64,000 nucleotides of DNA from Oculina patagonica (taxonomy: Eukaryota), in NCBI RefSeq assembly GCF_052425735.1, contig NC_135770.1, forward strand, positions 18,352,001-18,416,000, in the 5' to 3' direction. The position numbers and the translations under genes were made by a program. Positions 50,501 through 62,396 of the stretch are shown here, one piece after another. Position 1 is the first letter of the stretch. Every line of letters begins with the position of its first letter. The notes beneath the pieces were generated by a model. It saw only the letters and a list, made by a program, of their open reading frames with translations, had not been told where the DNA came from and searched no databases.

Positions 50501-53500
50501 CAGGTAACTTTTATAACGGCATACCTGACAGGCAGGAGCAGGAGTTTACTTGATAAGGTAAAACTAGTTTTTTTTTACAGATGAAAAACGACGTCACAAG
50601 AGCTGGAGTTTCTCAGGCATTTCATTTAGGAAGTTAAAACTATTTTAATTCTTGATCCATTAAAATTTCCCACTGACAAAACTAGTTCTCAACTAATCAA
50701 AAATTCTCGGTCACTGAAAATCTTCCTACACTGATTGCAAATCTTGACTTCGAAATACTTGTTTGACTTCAACTGGCCAAAACTGTTAGACTGCTGATTG
50801 CTGCTCAGAACATTCATCGTCAATTTTTCAAAGGTGGGTTTACATCTTTCTCGGCAGGCATGACACCTGGACTGACTTGTCTTATTGCATATACTTTGCT
50901 ATGCGTAATCAGAATATAGTACGTAAGTTGCCAGATTAGACCCCTTTAGATAAGCATGAATAAAATGCCAATTTATGTACATTGTTTCCTTTTAACTTTC
51001 TTGGATTGAAGTTATGACTTGGATGTGATCAACCACAGCCAAAACGAATACGGATCTACCACCTTCTACCCTTAGTAACAAAATACTAGTGGTTACTGAG
51101 GATTAAGCAAGGAGAATTTTTGACTGATTGTATTTTTCCACTTTTCGACTGTTAAGCTTTTTGTCTGTTAAATCAAAAAACAGCATCAAATTTCTCTTTA
51201 GGTCTCAAGCGGATAGTTACGAAAAGAGGACAGGAGATTTAAGGAAGGGATCACCAAAGAAGATATTTCCTAGTTTTTGACAAATTCCTCAAACTAGTGC
51301 AATAAGAAATAAATGAAAACCAGTTAAGAAAATTTGTATGTTGATTCAAGTTTAAAGTGGTTAAGCCCAGCTAAACTGGACACATTAAAAAAAAAAAACC
51401 CTTAAGGAGACCAATCTGGGCGTGGCAAAAACTTTTGCCTGATAGGTCTGGACCTAGTATCAGGGAGACCTGGACCTATCATAAATATTGGCGTTTTTCC
51501 CTGAACACGTTGAGACCAAAACCCGTAATTTACACCTCTAAGTGAGACGTCGAGCACCCTGTCCATTTCATATGGGAGTCCCCCTGGGAACTCTAAGAAG
51601 TACAGAATATAACGAAGTGCCAAGGGATTGGAAAAATGTAGTCGTCTAACGGGGGCTCGTTATACTGGGATATTGTTCCAATACATTGTCCTGCTACAAG
51701 AAATCGAGAGTTCGAGAAATCGGGGGTTAAACTTAATTAAAGTGTTCGACGACAGAGGGTAGAAAATCCAAGGAAAACGGCTTTTGGTTCGAGTTTTCAG
51801 GCGGAAGGTTCGAGATATCAAGGGATGAAGGAATCGAGATTCCACAGTACTGTAGTAATTTAAACCGGGTTAAAGAATATCGTTCTTTTTCCGAGAACCT
51901 CGTTAAGGGCTAATTATATCAGGGTTCAGCAGCAGTTTGAAATAATATTTTACAGAAGACGAAACATTATTAAATAGGATGATGGACAAAATGGGAAGGT
52001 TCGTCATCTGTCTGCTTGTCAACTAGTTTTGATATTGTTTCATAAAAACAAATATTACTAGAAATTCAGGGGTTAAACAGTGACAAACCGAACAAAACAC
52101 CTTCTAAGCCATTGTAACAACACGTTGTATAGTGGGTGGAAAAACTATGTGAAGAATTTTTAAGTTGAAAAGAGACAAACTAAGAACATTCATAGACTAG
52201 TGAACTAGATGCGTACAGACATACCCCGGTAATTCAGTCCTCACAATCAATACAGTCTCTTAGTGTTTTTGTTGACTGTAGTGTTTTTCCACACCGTTTC
52301 ACTGCAAGAACATGTCCGACGTTACGTACTTAACACAGTGAGATGTAGAAAACTAATGAAAAAGAAACCTGATCGAAGCTGACAGAAAACTCTTTACTCA
52401 AGATGGTATCTTCTTTGCGCACTTATCGGATCAAACATTACTCACAGAAACACAAGGGCTTTATTTAACCATATTTTCAAACAATAGGTTACAATAAAAC
52501 CTGTAATTACTCATCCTACTTTTTCATTCTGTTAACGATTTATTTGCCGACTTGTTTTTCAAGAACATTGAACAAAATTGTAGAACATTGGACAAAAGTA
52601 CCTCTAAATTTAAAACTCGTCAGCTACAGAATGAGGTTTGAAGAAACTTAGTCAAAAACATCTCACTAAATCTTGTGTAGAAAGAACTAAACAAATGTAA
52701 TTCCTTTTATCATGTATTCGTATTATGTTCTGCTCCATTTTTTTCTTTTCTTAGCCGAATCTCATTGAAAAATAAGTCGCACATAATAATCGAAGATCTT
52801 GTTTCAACACCAAGTTTATTAAGAGACGCAGATATTCATTTAACTTGAAATAAAATAACGTAAAGACAAAAGATTTTTAGTCGCTTCAACCCGATCTTTT
52901 GACCCCCCACTGTGATATAAAAGCCGCTGATCAAACAATGCAATCCAATACAAAACCACAATTAAAATTCATCTGTCATTTTTTGCGTCTCTTAACGCCT
53001 ATAATTGTTCGCGTTGTAGCTTCTACCAATCTGGTAGCCTGATAGAACGAATTTGTCGAGCATGCTTGTGGATCACAAATCTCAAAACTTTGTAGGTGGT
53101 CCTTAGTAGAATTAGAAAGATTTTATATCATGAAGTCAATGGTTTACTCCGCAAAAAAGCTCTAAAAGGCTATGATCGCATTCCATTTCGATTCATTTCT
53201 CTCATTGTTTACATACTTCCGGTTAATTGCTTTCTTTCAAGTTTTATTTTGCAGCGAAGCTTGCTTTCAACACAGAACAATTGAATCTTGAGCTAATTTA
53301 TCGCAATACTGGACGCTCTTTTTTCGTTTCACGCCAAACATTTTAAAAACGAAATTGCTCGTATTCTACACTGATACAATTATATGAGTTGAAAATTTGG
53401 TGATTTAATAAAAATCATGTTGTTTAAATCCTTAATATAATTTTTAGGGAAAGCAATTGTTTTAAAGTGTTGTTAGTTGAATCAAAAGAAATTACGATAA

Positions 53501-56500
53501 GGTTTATGAGCATCAATTTACGCTTTGATTGTCCACTAGTAAGAATTGAGAAAGGGAAATGGCCATTGGATAGAAAAGGCGAAAACTGAAAAAGAACGCG
53601 TAAAATAATTGGTGTAAACTGAATTTGATCAAATCATCTTCAATAACTAAACACAAAACCATACAAGCTGCAACTTCTGAAGGGTTATCCTGCATTAATA
53701 TTCGATTATTATATTATTATTGATTACAGCTACCGTTTACGATCTCAATTACAAACAGAGAGTATGTTTTGTCAATTGCACTTATAAAGCTCCTAATTGC
53801 TGGACAGTCTGGCGCCGTGCTACTAAGAAAATCAAGTTCCCTCGACTTATTTCAAAATGACTCTATGTTTATATTTGGGAAAGTGCTTGTTGATGGTGAT
53901 GTTTAAGGTTCCTTTTAAGGTTTCAGAACACTTCATCTATCAAACTTGGGCGAAGAAAATTTGTTAATACTTTTTTCTCGCTTATTATTGAGACAAGTGA
54001 GACAAGTTATTTTAACATACAGATTAACGGCATTTACATTCTGTGGAAAACAATGAAAAGTATCTGCTATTAAGCATAATAGTCAACACCCAGGCTTACA
54101 AGGAACAAACACTCAAAATAAATTAACATTGCAAATAATAGTAAAAAGGTTTGTGTAAGGCAAATACATTTGTACGTTTCGAACAATCATGACTCAGAAA
54201 TATATGCAGGCACTCATTCCATCTAGTAGTAAATTAGACCCCTAATGTGTCTCTCAACAAGATATTATTCACATATAACTCTTGTAGTAAATTATCTCCA
54301 GTAAGAGATTATAGAAGCATTTCGGAAACAATAGATTGGTTGACATACCGGGTAAAAATTCAGATAAAGCCAAACATTTAACTTCAGAATCTCTCTCTCG
54401 AAAGAAACCATGTCTTATAAGTTACATTTATGTACAAAGTTACATTATAAATAATTATCACACATGTACTTACCTTGTCCATGAGACCCTCGCTTGTTCC
54501 TGGCTTTGTCTGGTAGCTCTTTCCATCATTTTCAACACGATAGGGCTCATTGCATCCATCACTTTGATTCGAAACGAGTTCTTGATGAACTCGTTTTGTT
54601 AACAAGGAAGCTCGTCTGCGGAATACCCAGAGTAGGTCTGTAGGATCTGTATGTGACCGCCTGAGGGGTCGTGCGTGAGGAGGTGGCTTTTCGACAGGTT
54701 CTTTTACGTTTTCAGCAAGTTGCTCTAGCGGTGGTAAGACCGTTGGTTGGTCGCCCTGAGATCTGTAAACATTGACCAAAACACATTTGAGAATAAACAG
54801 AAATACTACAACAAGATATTTCAAAAAGATCCCTCTTTTTGCAGTGAAAGAACCTTGGCAGAAAATTGCCGGTCAATAAGAATGAAAGCACAACGTTTAG
54901 TTACCTGATATCACAAAGTGACCTACTACCTGTTACCCGAACCGGAGCGACAACTTCGACAGTCAAAAGTTTTAACATTGTTATATCTCCAAAGTTAATT
55001 CAAGATAGTTAACATAAGGTGAAATAAAACTGAACTGGTGGAATATGCTAGTTGCAGATGCAAGGTTGCCCCAAATGTCTCTGCACGATTTATCAATGAT
55101 GGAATCCCAGGGCTTTTGTTTATACACACGTAATGTTTTCAATGCAACTATCGTCACGAGCGCGGAACTTTTCAAAGAGCTGCTCGCAAGGCATTGTTTT
55201 ATGACTGGCCTTTTTGGTGGTGAACATAATGGTGTCGATGTGGAGGGTTGTTAGTGTGATGCAATGTTATGCTACGCAGTACTTGTAGACAAGGAAGAAA
55301 ACAGAAAATAATCTTTAAAAAATTTCAGTAAGTGCTTAAAATACATCCCGAAAATGTCCTTCAGAGCGTTTTATAGAAGCACTAACGAAGGTAATTGGGA
55401 CTACGCGAGGCAAAGAATAATTCCTTGGATCTGACACGTCAATGAATAGTGAGATGTGTCAGTGTCACGTCCAACAAGGTGAAAAAAAGGCAGCATTTAT
55501 TAAAATGAACATGTAATGACAATCATCTGATGTATTACAGTTTATCAAGTAACATGCAATTATCAAACCCATGAAACTGAAAATAGGACTTCAGCAGGCC
55601 ACGGACGAAGAAAACATTTCAATATTTCCAGAATTCGGTTCTAACTCTGCGTGATCTAAAGAAAGACAGCTCTCAAACAACCTTACATTTGTCTGTTTCC
55701 TTTTTCAATTTGCTCCTGGTATATTATTGCTTTTCATCACATAAAACTTCTGATCACATTTTATTTCGTTTAAATGTGTTGTAATTCAACCATTTCAATT
55801 AAAAAGAGGCTTTGTTCGATTTGTTCGAAATGTATCTGTACACTTTTATTGGAGAAGGTCAACCTCGTCAAACATTTGAACGAGGTTTGATGCGGATTAA
55901 AACGTAGAAACCAGTTTTATTTTTAAACAAGAACAAGAAAACCAAATTATTCAAAAAGCGTTTGATCCCAGGGGGCCGTCAGACCTAGCAAGCGAGTAGC
56001 ACACCAGAATCGTCGTAAGACGAACGTCCACATTTTCCCGCCATTTCCTTAAATGCACGTGCGCAGTGTGTCGTACTGATCAGTCTACATGACTTTGCTA
56101 GTCTTAGCCTGTCTCTTAAGAGTTGAAACAGAGTTGAAGCCGACAAAAGCACTTCAGTTATTGCGTTTAATTATTTTAGCAAACAAAGCATTGTTGACGA
56201 ACAGTAATTTGTCACGTAAATGAAATTGGCTGCAGAACAGGGAAGCCAGTTAAGTCTCAATGAAGACATGTACCAGTGTCGGCTTGTTTAAAACTCGCTT
56301 TTATTCCGTTAGGGATCAATTTGGGGTCTAATCCCGCCCGCCGGCTGGAGGCAAATGGCAATGAGAACCTGAAATGTGTTGTCCAATGTTTTTTTCGATT
56401 CCATTAAAGACAGGATTGCTGTGTTTTTGCAAATAGAAATGCCTCGCACTGGAGGAATGGCAATAACAAGTCAGCTTAAATTTGCATCTCTTTGCCTCGT

Positions 56501-59500
56501 GCAAACATCTGCTCGCAATCATTGGGAAAAGAAAGCCGCTAAACGGAATTGTTATACAAACAACACAGCAAGGTATTTAAGTCATTTTTGGTTAATGAAG
56601 AAAACCTTGAAGGGGGTAAAAGAAATACTAATGCATATGAGCGGTAAAGAGTTTGTGTGCTACGCAAACAAATCGCTCAATAGAAAAGGAAATTGAATAT
56701 GCAAAAAGCGTCTCTTTTGATGGCATAAATGTCATTTTATCATTGGCATTGTACAAATATTAATAGAAGATGAATGGAGGTGTAAGATCCAACATAAGCT
56801 CTCAAATAGGACAACTCATTTCCAATAGATGGTTAACGAACATGTTATAGCTTTCAAAATTCTCACAGATGTAAAAAGTCCCTAACATATTTTAGAAATT
56901 CACAAATTGGGAATTAGCAGTAACCATTTTCAAGACTATTTAAAAGCAATTTTGTTAAACGAGTGACAGCTTATGCACAGGAAATAACAAACACTTCTTT
57001 CGCTGCTCACAGAGAAGTGAAAACACCACTTGAACATTGTTTGAACACGTTAAGTGCTGCAAAAGATGCCTTTTTGCATCCTGCAAGACTGTAAAATTAC
57101 CTGGCTTTTAAAAAGAATGTCGTAGAAGCCAAAGAAGCATTTATCGTATATAGCGTTGTTTTCTGGGAGTATAACTGCACGGATTTTCGGCCCAATTAAA
57201 ATATAAGTTTAAATGGTTCTGCTTCGCTGACAGTTTTATTACCTAGTTTAATATCATAACGGCATCACAAACAGAGACGCAAATGAGTGAACGTTAATGA
57301 CTTTATAATGTTAAACGTACAGATAGAAGAGTTATCAACCAGTTGTTGAAATTTATATGAGCCACTTAATAACTTCCAGCATTTCAACTCCTTAACGTAA
57401 AACACTAAAGATAAGAGCATGCTACATAAATTGTACTATTAATTTCCAATAGTTCTTTAAAGCATGAGTTATTGCATGCCCATTATCAGAGGTTTAACCT
57501 TCTCTTTTTAGGCACCCTCGTCATTCTGCTTTCAAGACTGCTCAAAGCAAGATTAATATTACTTTTGCTTCAGTGAAAATTGCTTGGGCAAGTCTTGAAT
57601 CCATATCTCCCGGAAGAAGGAAGTAATAACATCATCTTTGAATAGTTAGCTTAGCAGTCCTATACAAGCCTTTCTACTTTGAAAGTATCGATAAGTTATA
57701 AAGTTTTCTTGAAAGAGCCCGACAGAAGTAAAAATATATGGGAAGGTTCGTAGAATGTGACGGACTGGACTACATTTTCATTCTAAATCTGCAAATACGC
57801 AGATCATTTCTGTTGCCCAACTGAATTACAATACTCGGAAACAGTAGGTATTTGCAAAAACATCCGGATAAGACGAGTTAGTGCATGTGGCTTTTTGGGA
57901 ACCATTTAAATGGGACAAAAGATTTCGATAAGAACAATATTAGACTGCATGTAAACACAGAGTGCTAAATAATACAAACACATCGGCCATACAAGTACAT
58001 TGTAAATACCTTACTAAGTAGCATATATTTGAGTTTTGCCATGTTTTACGTGGTATTGTCTAGTACTGGAGTGTGTTTGATGCCTTTGTGTGTAATTACC
58101 TAAAAGTAAAAGTATTTAACTATGCGTACAATAGATGGGTGCACTAGTGCTAAGTTAGGAACGTTTGCTTGATCGTAGTGTATGTATTTGAGTTCCTTCC
58201 TAATTGCACGGAACTAGAATGCCTGCACTACATGTAATACATTTTATTTTGTATCTCAAATCATGAACCCAATGCTAAACTATCCTTACCGAACTTCGTT
58301 TGCAATAGCTTCTGTTTAATGTGAGATTATGGTGTTTCAGTGCCGTGCATAATGTAATGAAAATTTGCCGACTGTTTTTGTACGATTACTTGCACGAAGA
58401 CACACCTTAACAACTGCAATATCCAAGCTGTGCAACCACCGTCAATATTGCTAGGGAACAGGGAATGCATATTGCTCAGCATTCAGATGAACAATTTCAC
58501 AGCAAAAATGTGATTTCAGACGTTTGTTTTCCACGTCACATCACAGTTGAGGTGACAAGTTCCCGTAAGGTCGGAGTCCAGTCTACTAAAACTGACTGCT
58601 TGAGCCCACGGATTACGTCTAAGACGTCGCTTAGCAACATGACGTCTGTCATGCTGACGTGACAACTTTTGGGGTATTCAGGAGCGCTCGCGCTATTTTT
58701 TGTTATTTCCTCACTTGAGGAATAAGATTCGGAAACTCTTTTCAAATTTGCTGCAAACGGCACAACCGACCGCGCAAGTTGTCAACAGTTTTTCATTTAG
58801 ACCCAGAGTTTCAAATTTGGTAGTGGATCCAAGACCCTCAATAGGAACTTTAATAGTTGAAACTAGGGCGCTGAAAAGCGTCATTTAAAATAAAAAATAA
58901 GCAACAAGTGTCATCATGATTGCCTTTTTTCAACGAGGAATAGGGCCTTCGACAACAAGTGCTAAGAGCCATTATCTTGTTAAAATGGTCTAATTATGAA
59001 ACAAGCTTGGTGTACATAGCATAAATGGCTACTGATAAAATAGCGCCCTCAACTTGTATTGATACATAAGTAAACATTGGCCTTTATCACCCAAAGCAAA
59101 CGTGAACGGCAAAATATATTAATTCTTTATTTTTTGGCTCCCATAAATTCTTAATACTTGTCGAACTACTACGAATTCCTGCACTATAACTGAGAATTAT
59201 GATAAGTGATGCCTTATTAACAATAGACGCTGACAAGATTTAGGCCCTAATAACTCATCAATGAACACCCACAGTGTATTCATGTGCAATAGCCCTTATG
59301 CATGTTTAAGTCAGACTGGCTAGTTTCACCACAAGCCCGCTTTAGTGCGACTGCATTATCATGAACGAATTCCCTAAGCAGCAAAGATAAAAAGAATGCC
59401 CACGTGAACTGCATAAAGGTGACAGAAGGTTGAAAATAATTCGCGTAAACGAGGCATGGTGGTGAATTTGAGCAAGACGTCATCATGCATAAGGCCTATT

Positions 59501-62396
59501 AATTGAGCCATTGCTATGAGGAGGGTGTCTGATTTACATTTTCAAAACGTTCTGGAAAGGAATCTGCCAGTGGCTTGATCACTGACAAGTTCTTGTGAAC
59601 AGACGAAGCATAATTCATCACAAACACAGATTGTTACCTTTATCTTTTCTTGCTGCAGGCAAACATATCGCTCGTGTAGAGGTGAAACATGGTATTTATT
59701 TTTAATTTAGGGCTTACAGCCTCGAGCGAAATTTCAATGCAGGGGAGTGTAGATAAAGGACAAAGCTGCTTTTGAGAACTTTAATTTTTCGGACAAAAAA
59801 ATGATGAAATGATTCCATTTGAGCTGCGATGTTTGTCCGTTTGTTGACTGGATTCAATTACGTTTTAGTCAGTTTGAGATTCTTTACGCTGGGTTCCCAA
59901 AAGAAAAGGCCTGGATTGAAAAGGACCATTATTTCTTTTTTAGTATGTGTCTGTGTGTCGCTTTTATTGAATTATCAACTTATTTTTGTCCCATTAATAT
60001 TGGTCCTTCTAAACCTACAAACCCCCCCAAATCGGAAATTCATTATTCTTTTTGCTACATGATTAGGTAAAATACTTTATTCGTGCATGTTAGGGTAAAC
60101 CTAATGACATGTCTTAACATCGTTTTGCCTGCGGCATGCGTGATAATACGTCTCTCCACTTGTTCTTCAAGACAAAAGACTTCAGTGTAAATGCAGTACA
60201 AAATCCTAGTAAACATGATTCATTTAATATAGTAAGGTTGATAAAACGATATTTGTGCCTGTTTATTTTGTTTCTTGAATTATGATATGTTGCATGGTAT
60301 TGATAAAAGAAATCGTTTTTTTCTTTAACACTTCAACTCTCGAAGACGTTTTCGTGATAATTAATCACTTCTGTGTTTAACCATCAAGCGGGTGATAAAT
60401 GACCGTGTTAGACAGGCAATTTAGGGCCAAAGTGTCACGTTATTTAAACCAAATTTCATGTTTTTAAAGATTGCATTTCCGAAACTGTCACACCCTCAAT
60501 TTACAAAGCAATAATTAATAGAATCCAAGTGTGCACAACCCATTTTGAAAAAAGGTCGTCATTGAAACTCAATCGTTTCCAAGAAGCGGACACGGTCTCC
60601 TTATCCTCAGTCTAAACACCCAAACCACCATTCTTATTCATGTCGTGCTCAAAAATTAAAAAGGTACAAAATCGGCGTTACGTTCAATGTTGCTCCAATT
60701 TCAAAGATAGCAAAACAGGCCGGCTCGTGAAGAGTAAGATAGAAAATTTTAAGGTATTAATTGTCTTCAACTTAAAATCAGTGGTGCTAAGGGCACCACC
60801 ATTTAGTGTTCGTCGTCGCATTGTAAATAACAAGAAAACAACTTTGTAGTTTTCGTGATAAAATGATATCGTTTTCAATGCAGTTTTGAGGTCATATAAC
60901 AAGTAGTCTCCATCTAAGTAAAGCAGGAAATGCGTAATGGCCTTGTCCAATTTAATAACAACCCAGCAGAGAGCTCTGTATTCATATCAACCTAGTTTAA
61001 CATGGATACGCGAAAAAGAGCTAAATCTTTTTGTTGCGACAAAAGCCAACCTCGAAGTGATAACAAGCTATTGTTTCTGTAAAAAACAGCTCATTAAGAA
61101 TACTACAAACAGCCCGTTTGATATTTTGCCAATTGCCGCCGTATTATCCAGCAGAGCAATTAGTGGGCTCAGTGGAAACAAAGAGCATACCATAACGCTG
61201 ACTCTCTTTACGGGGCGGGAATTCTAGGTCACCCTTCAATTTTCACACGAAAGCAAAATTAAGTGATAAGCTTCACTTAATTTTCGTTCCATTACCTGCG
61301 CACGAATGCAAATTTTCGAGCGTGTTGCTTTTCACACTACACTTGCATTCTCTTCATGTAGGATTATTGCTTTTGCTCGTACGTACTTCCCGAACATCAT
61401 TGAAAAAAATACAGGAGTCTACGATCGTGGTAGTAATTTTAACCTCTCTCTTGCTAGCTGCAAAAAAAAATTGAATTGCTTTTTCACGTTCTCAGCATGC
61501 CATCAGTTGAATAACTTCTAAAGCAATATCAAACTGCGCGAGAGCTAAGTGTTATTTTTGACTCCTCGTCATATATATTATTATCAAAACATTCCACTTC
61601 AATCGAGTGTTTCTTATCTTGGTTTATAGGTTATTGGATTGACAAAGTAGCAAACAATGTGACTCATCATGCTTGATGACTGATCATGATTGACTGACAA
61701 AGATAAAAGAGAAGAAGCCAATTTTGAGATAATATTAAACAGACCAAGTTTCCGGCTGAATACCTTTTCCTCCATGCTGTTTCAATCTCACGAACCGTAT
61801 CTCTGTTCCATTCGTCAACTTCCATGAAGCTCTTCCAGTATTCTTTCTCCTTTCTAAGGGATTCTATGTTGTTCTGGAGGCTCCGGGGATCTGGCTTAGG
61901 CTCCTGAGCAGAGTCTAAAAGCTTTGTAATCTGAAAATCAATGAAGACGGCCGAGGACGGTCAGCAATAGCCCATGCGTCATTACACAAGGGCTTAGTTA
62001 AAACATTTTTATCCGATTACTAAATTTTCACCCAAACCCTCTTGTTGGTAGAAGACCGGCGCCTCTTAATCACGTCAATGTAGCGGATATGCCTCGAAAT
62101 TAAATTTTCCGGTGCGGGTGGTTGACAGAGAAACGCTGGTAACAGAAAATGCCATTCTGAATAGTTTGGCGTTAGACAAGAACGCAATGATAAATAAAAA
62201 AGACGCACTGTGCTAGTATATTCATGACCACAATACCCACCTGGCAAACACGAATGCTCTGCCACTTAACAAAGTAAAGAAACAACATACATTAAATAGT
62301 TACCTGTTCCAAAACTGCCAGAGAGAAACCGCTGACAAGGTGTTCGGCAAAGCGTTCAGGCATGGTAGGCCATGCGTTCAGTGAGCTGTCTTCCAT
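29472..62396 (-). CDS. Dbl-family Rho guanine nucleotide exchange factor (DH domain, no evident PH), ~1035 aa, 18 coding exons
   Basis: Phase-consistent chain: 62396-62304, 61930-61764, 54762-54474, 49172-49038, 43969-43823, 38043-37944, 36487-36341, 35405-35329, 35043-34991, 34549-34411, 33853-33746, 33371-33276, 32868-32711, 32242-32180, 31997-31875, 31625-31449, 31113-30196, 29589-29472 (3108 nt). DH motifs KRYQVAKEILETEKKYLSCL and LDLPAFLLTPIQRLPRYVLLLRQLSKYT..HPD. Confidence 0.9.
30196..31113 (-). CDS. RhoGEF large Ser/Lys-rich exon
   Basis: 918 nt inside the 314-aa ORF; cacag| and |gtaagt; phase 2-2. Confidence 0.9.
31449..32242 (-). CDS. RhoGEF post-DH exons (32242-32180, 31997-31875, 31625-31449)
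   Basis: Three symmetric phase-2 exons of 63, 123 and 177 nt with AG/GT boundaries and open frames. Confidence 0.8.
32711..35405 (-). CDS. RhoGEF DH-domain exons (35405-35329, 35043-34991, 34549-34411, 33853-33746, 33371-33276, 32868-32711)
   Basis: DH conserved regions present: EILETEKKY, ILFPGEL..H..F..LE.RL..W...VGDIF, IYSNYVNNF..A, LLTPIQRLPRY.LLL..L.KYT...HPD. Confidence 0.95.
35873..35923. repeat. Short tandem repeat, 3 x AATATCGATGAACG
   Basis: Directly visible, with 1-4-nt linkers. Confidence 0.8.
36341..36487 (-). CDS. RhoGEF pre-DH exon
   Basis: 147 nt, phase 1-1, ttcacag| and |gtatgt. Confidence 0.85.
37944..38043 (-). CDS. RhoGEF exon (APALTVIARRRNSQSHLAYPVGIRRKNSRAAGI)
   Basis: 100 nt, cttccag| and ag|gtgagt; supplies the required phase 0-1 link. 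Confidence 0.8.
42237..42341 (-). CDS. Candidate alternative first coding exon of the RhoGEF (MEHRFNV...EPIEVDSQ)
   Basis: ATG-initiated 35 codons ending at phase-0 donor caa|gtaagg. Confidence 0.4.
43823..43969 (-). CDS. RhoGEF exon (PVKHHDEPRRKISAP...RRGSE)
   Basis: 147 nt, phase 0-0. Confidence 0.85.
44132..45682. mobile_element. TA-flanked MITE termini enclosing the LINE
   Basis: TACCATATTTATTCAATTATGCGC (44132) is an imperfect inverted copy of GCGCTTAATCGAATAAATACGGTA (ends 45682). Confidence 0.6.
44158..45640 (-). mobile_element. 5'-truncated CR1-group (CR1/L2-like) LINE with reverse transcriptase
   Basis: Open frame ~45640-44543: FIDISKAFDSLNH, GVPKGSILGPVLFNVYIN, LYADD, FKYLGV, LVLPHLDYADTVW. 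AT-rich 3' UTR and (TTA)n-type tail at ~44158-44182. Confidence 0.92.
47455..47526 (-). CDS. Candidate alternative first coding exon of the RhoGEF (MSSIRRRQSHPRASRTVSDPSRSQ)
   Basis: ATG plus 24 codons to phase-0 donor cag|gtaac; acceptor 8 nt upstream of the ATG and a candidate UTR-exon donor at ~47766. Confidence 0.6.
49038..49172 (-). CDS. RhoGEF exon (TRSSRSDSPS...PYEWTAM)
   Basis: 135 nt, ctttacag| and |gtgagc, phase 0-0. Confidence 0.85.
54474..54762 (-). CDS. RhoGEF exon (SQGDQPTVLPP...EGLMDK)
   Basis: 289 nt, phase 2-0, tttacag| and aag|gtaagt. Confidence 0.85.
61764..61930 (-). CDS. RhoGEF exon 2 (ITKLLDSAQ...IETAWRK)
   Basis: 167 nt, ttttcag| and ag|gtattc, phase 0-2. Confidence 0.8.
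62304..62396 (-). CDS. RhoGEF first coding exon (MEDSSLNAWPTMPERFAEHLVSGFSLAVLEQ)
   Basis: atc-ATG-g context, in-frame stop upstream, cag|gtaact donor, phase 0. Confidence 0.75.

Noticed and set aside
58536-58884. Short minus-strand ORFs in RhoGEF intron 2
   Set aside because: No convincing donor in a compatible phase and no recognisable protein features.
60684-61227. Hydrophobic ORF fragments as a possible nested membrane-protein gene
   Set aside because: Interrupted by stops, no family motif recognised; consistent with AT-rich intron noise.
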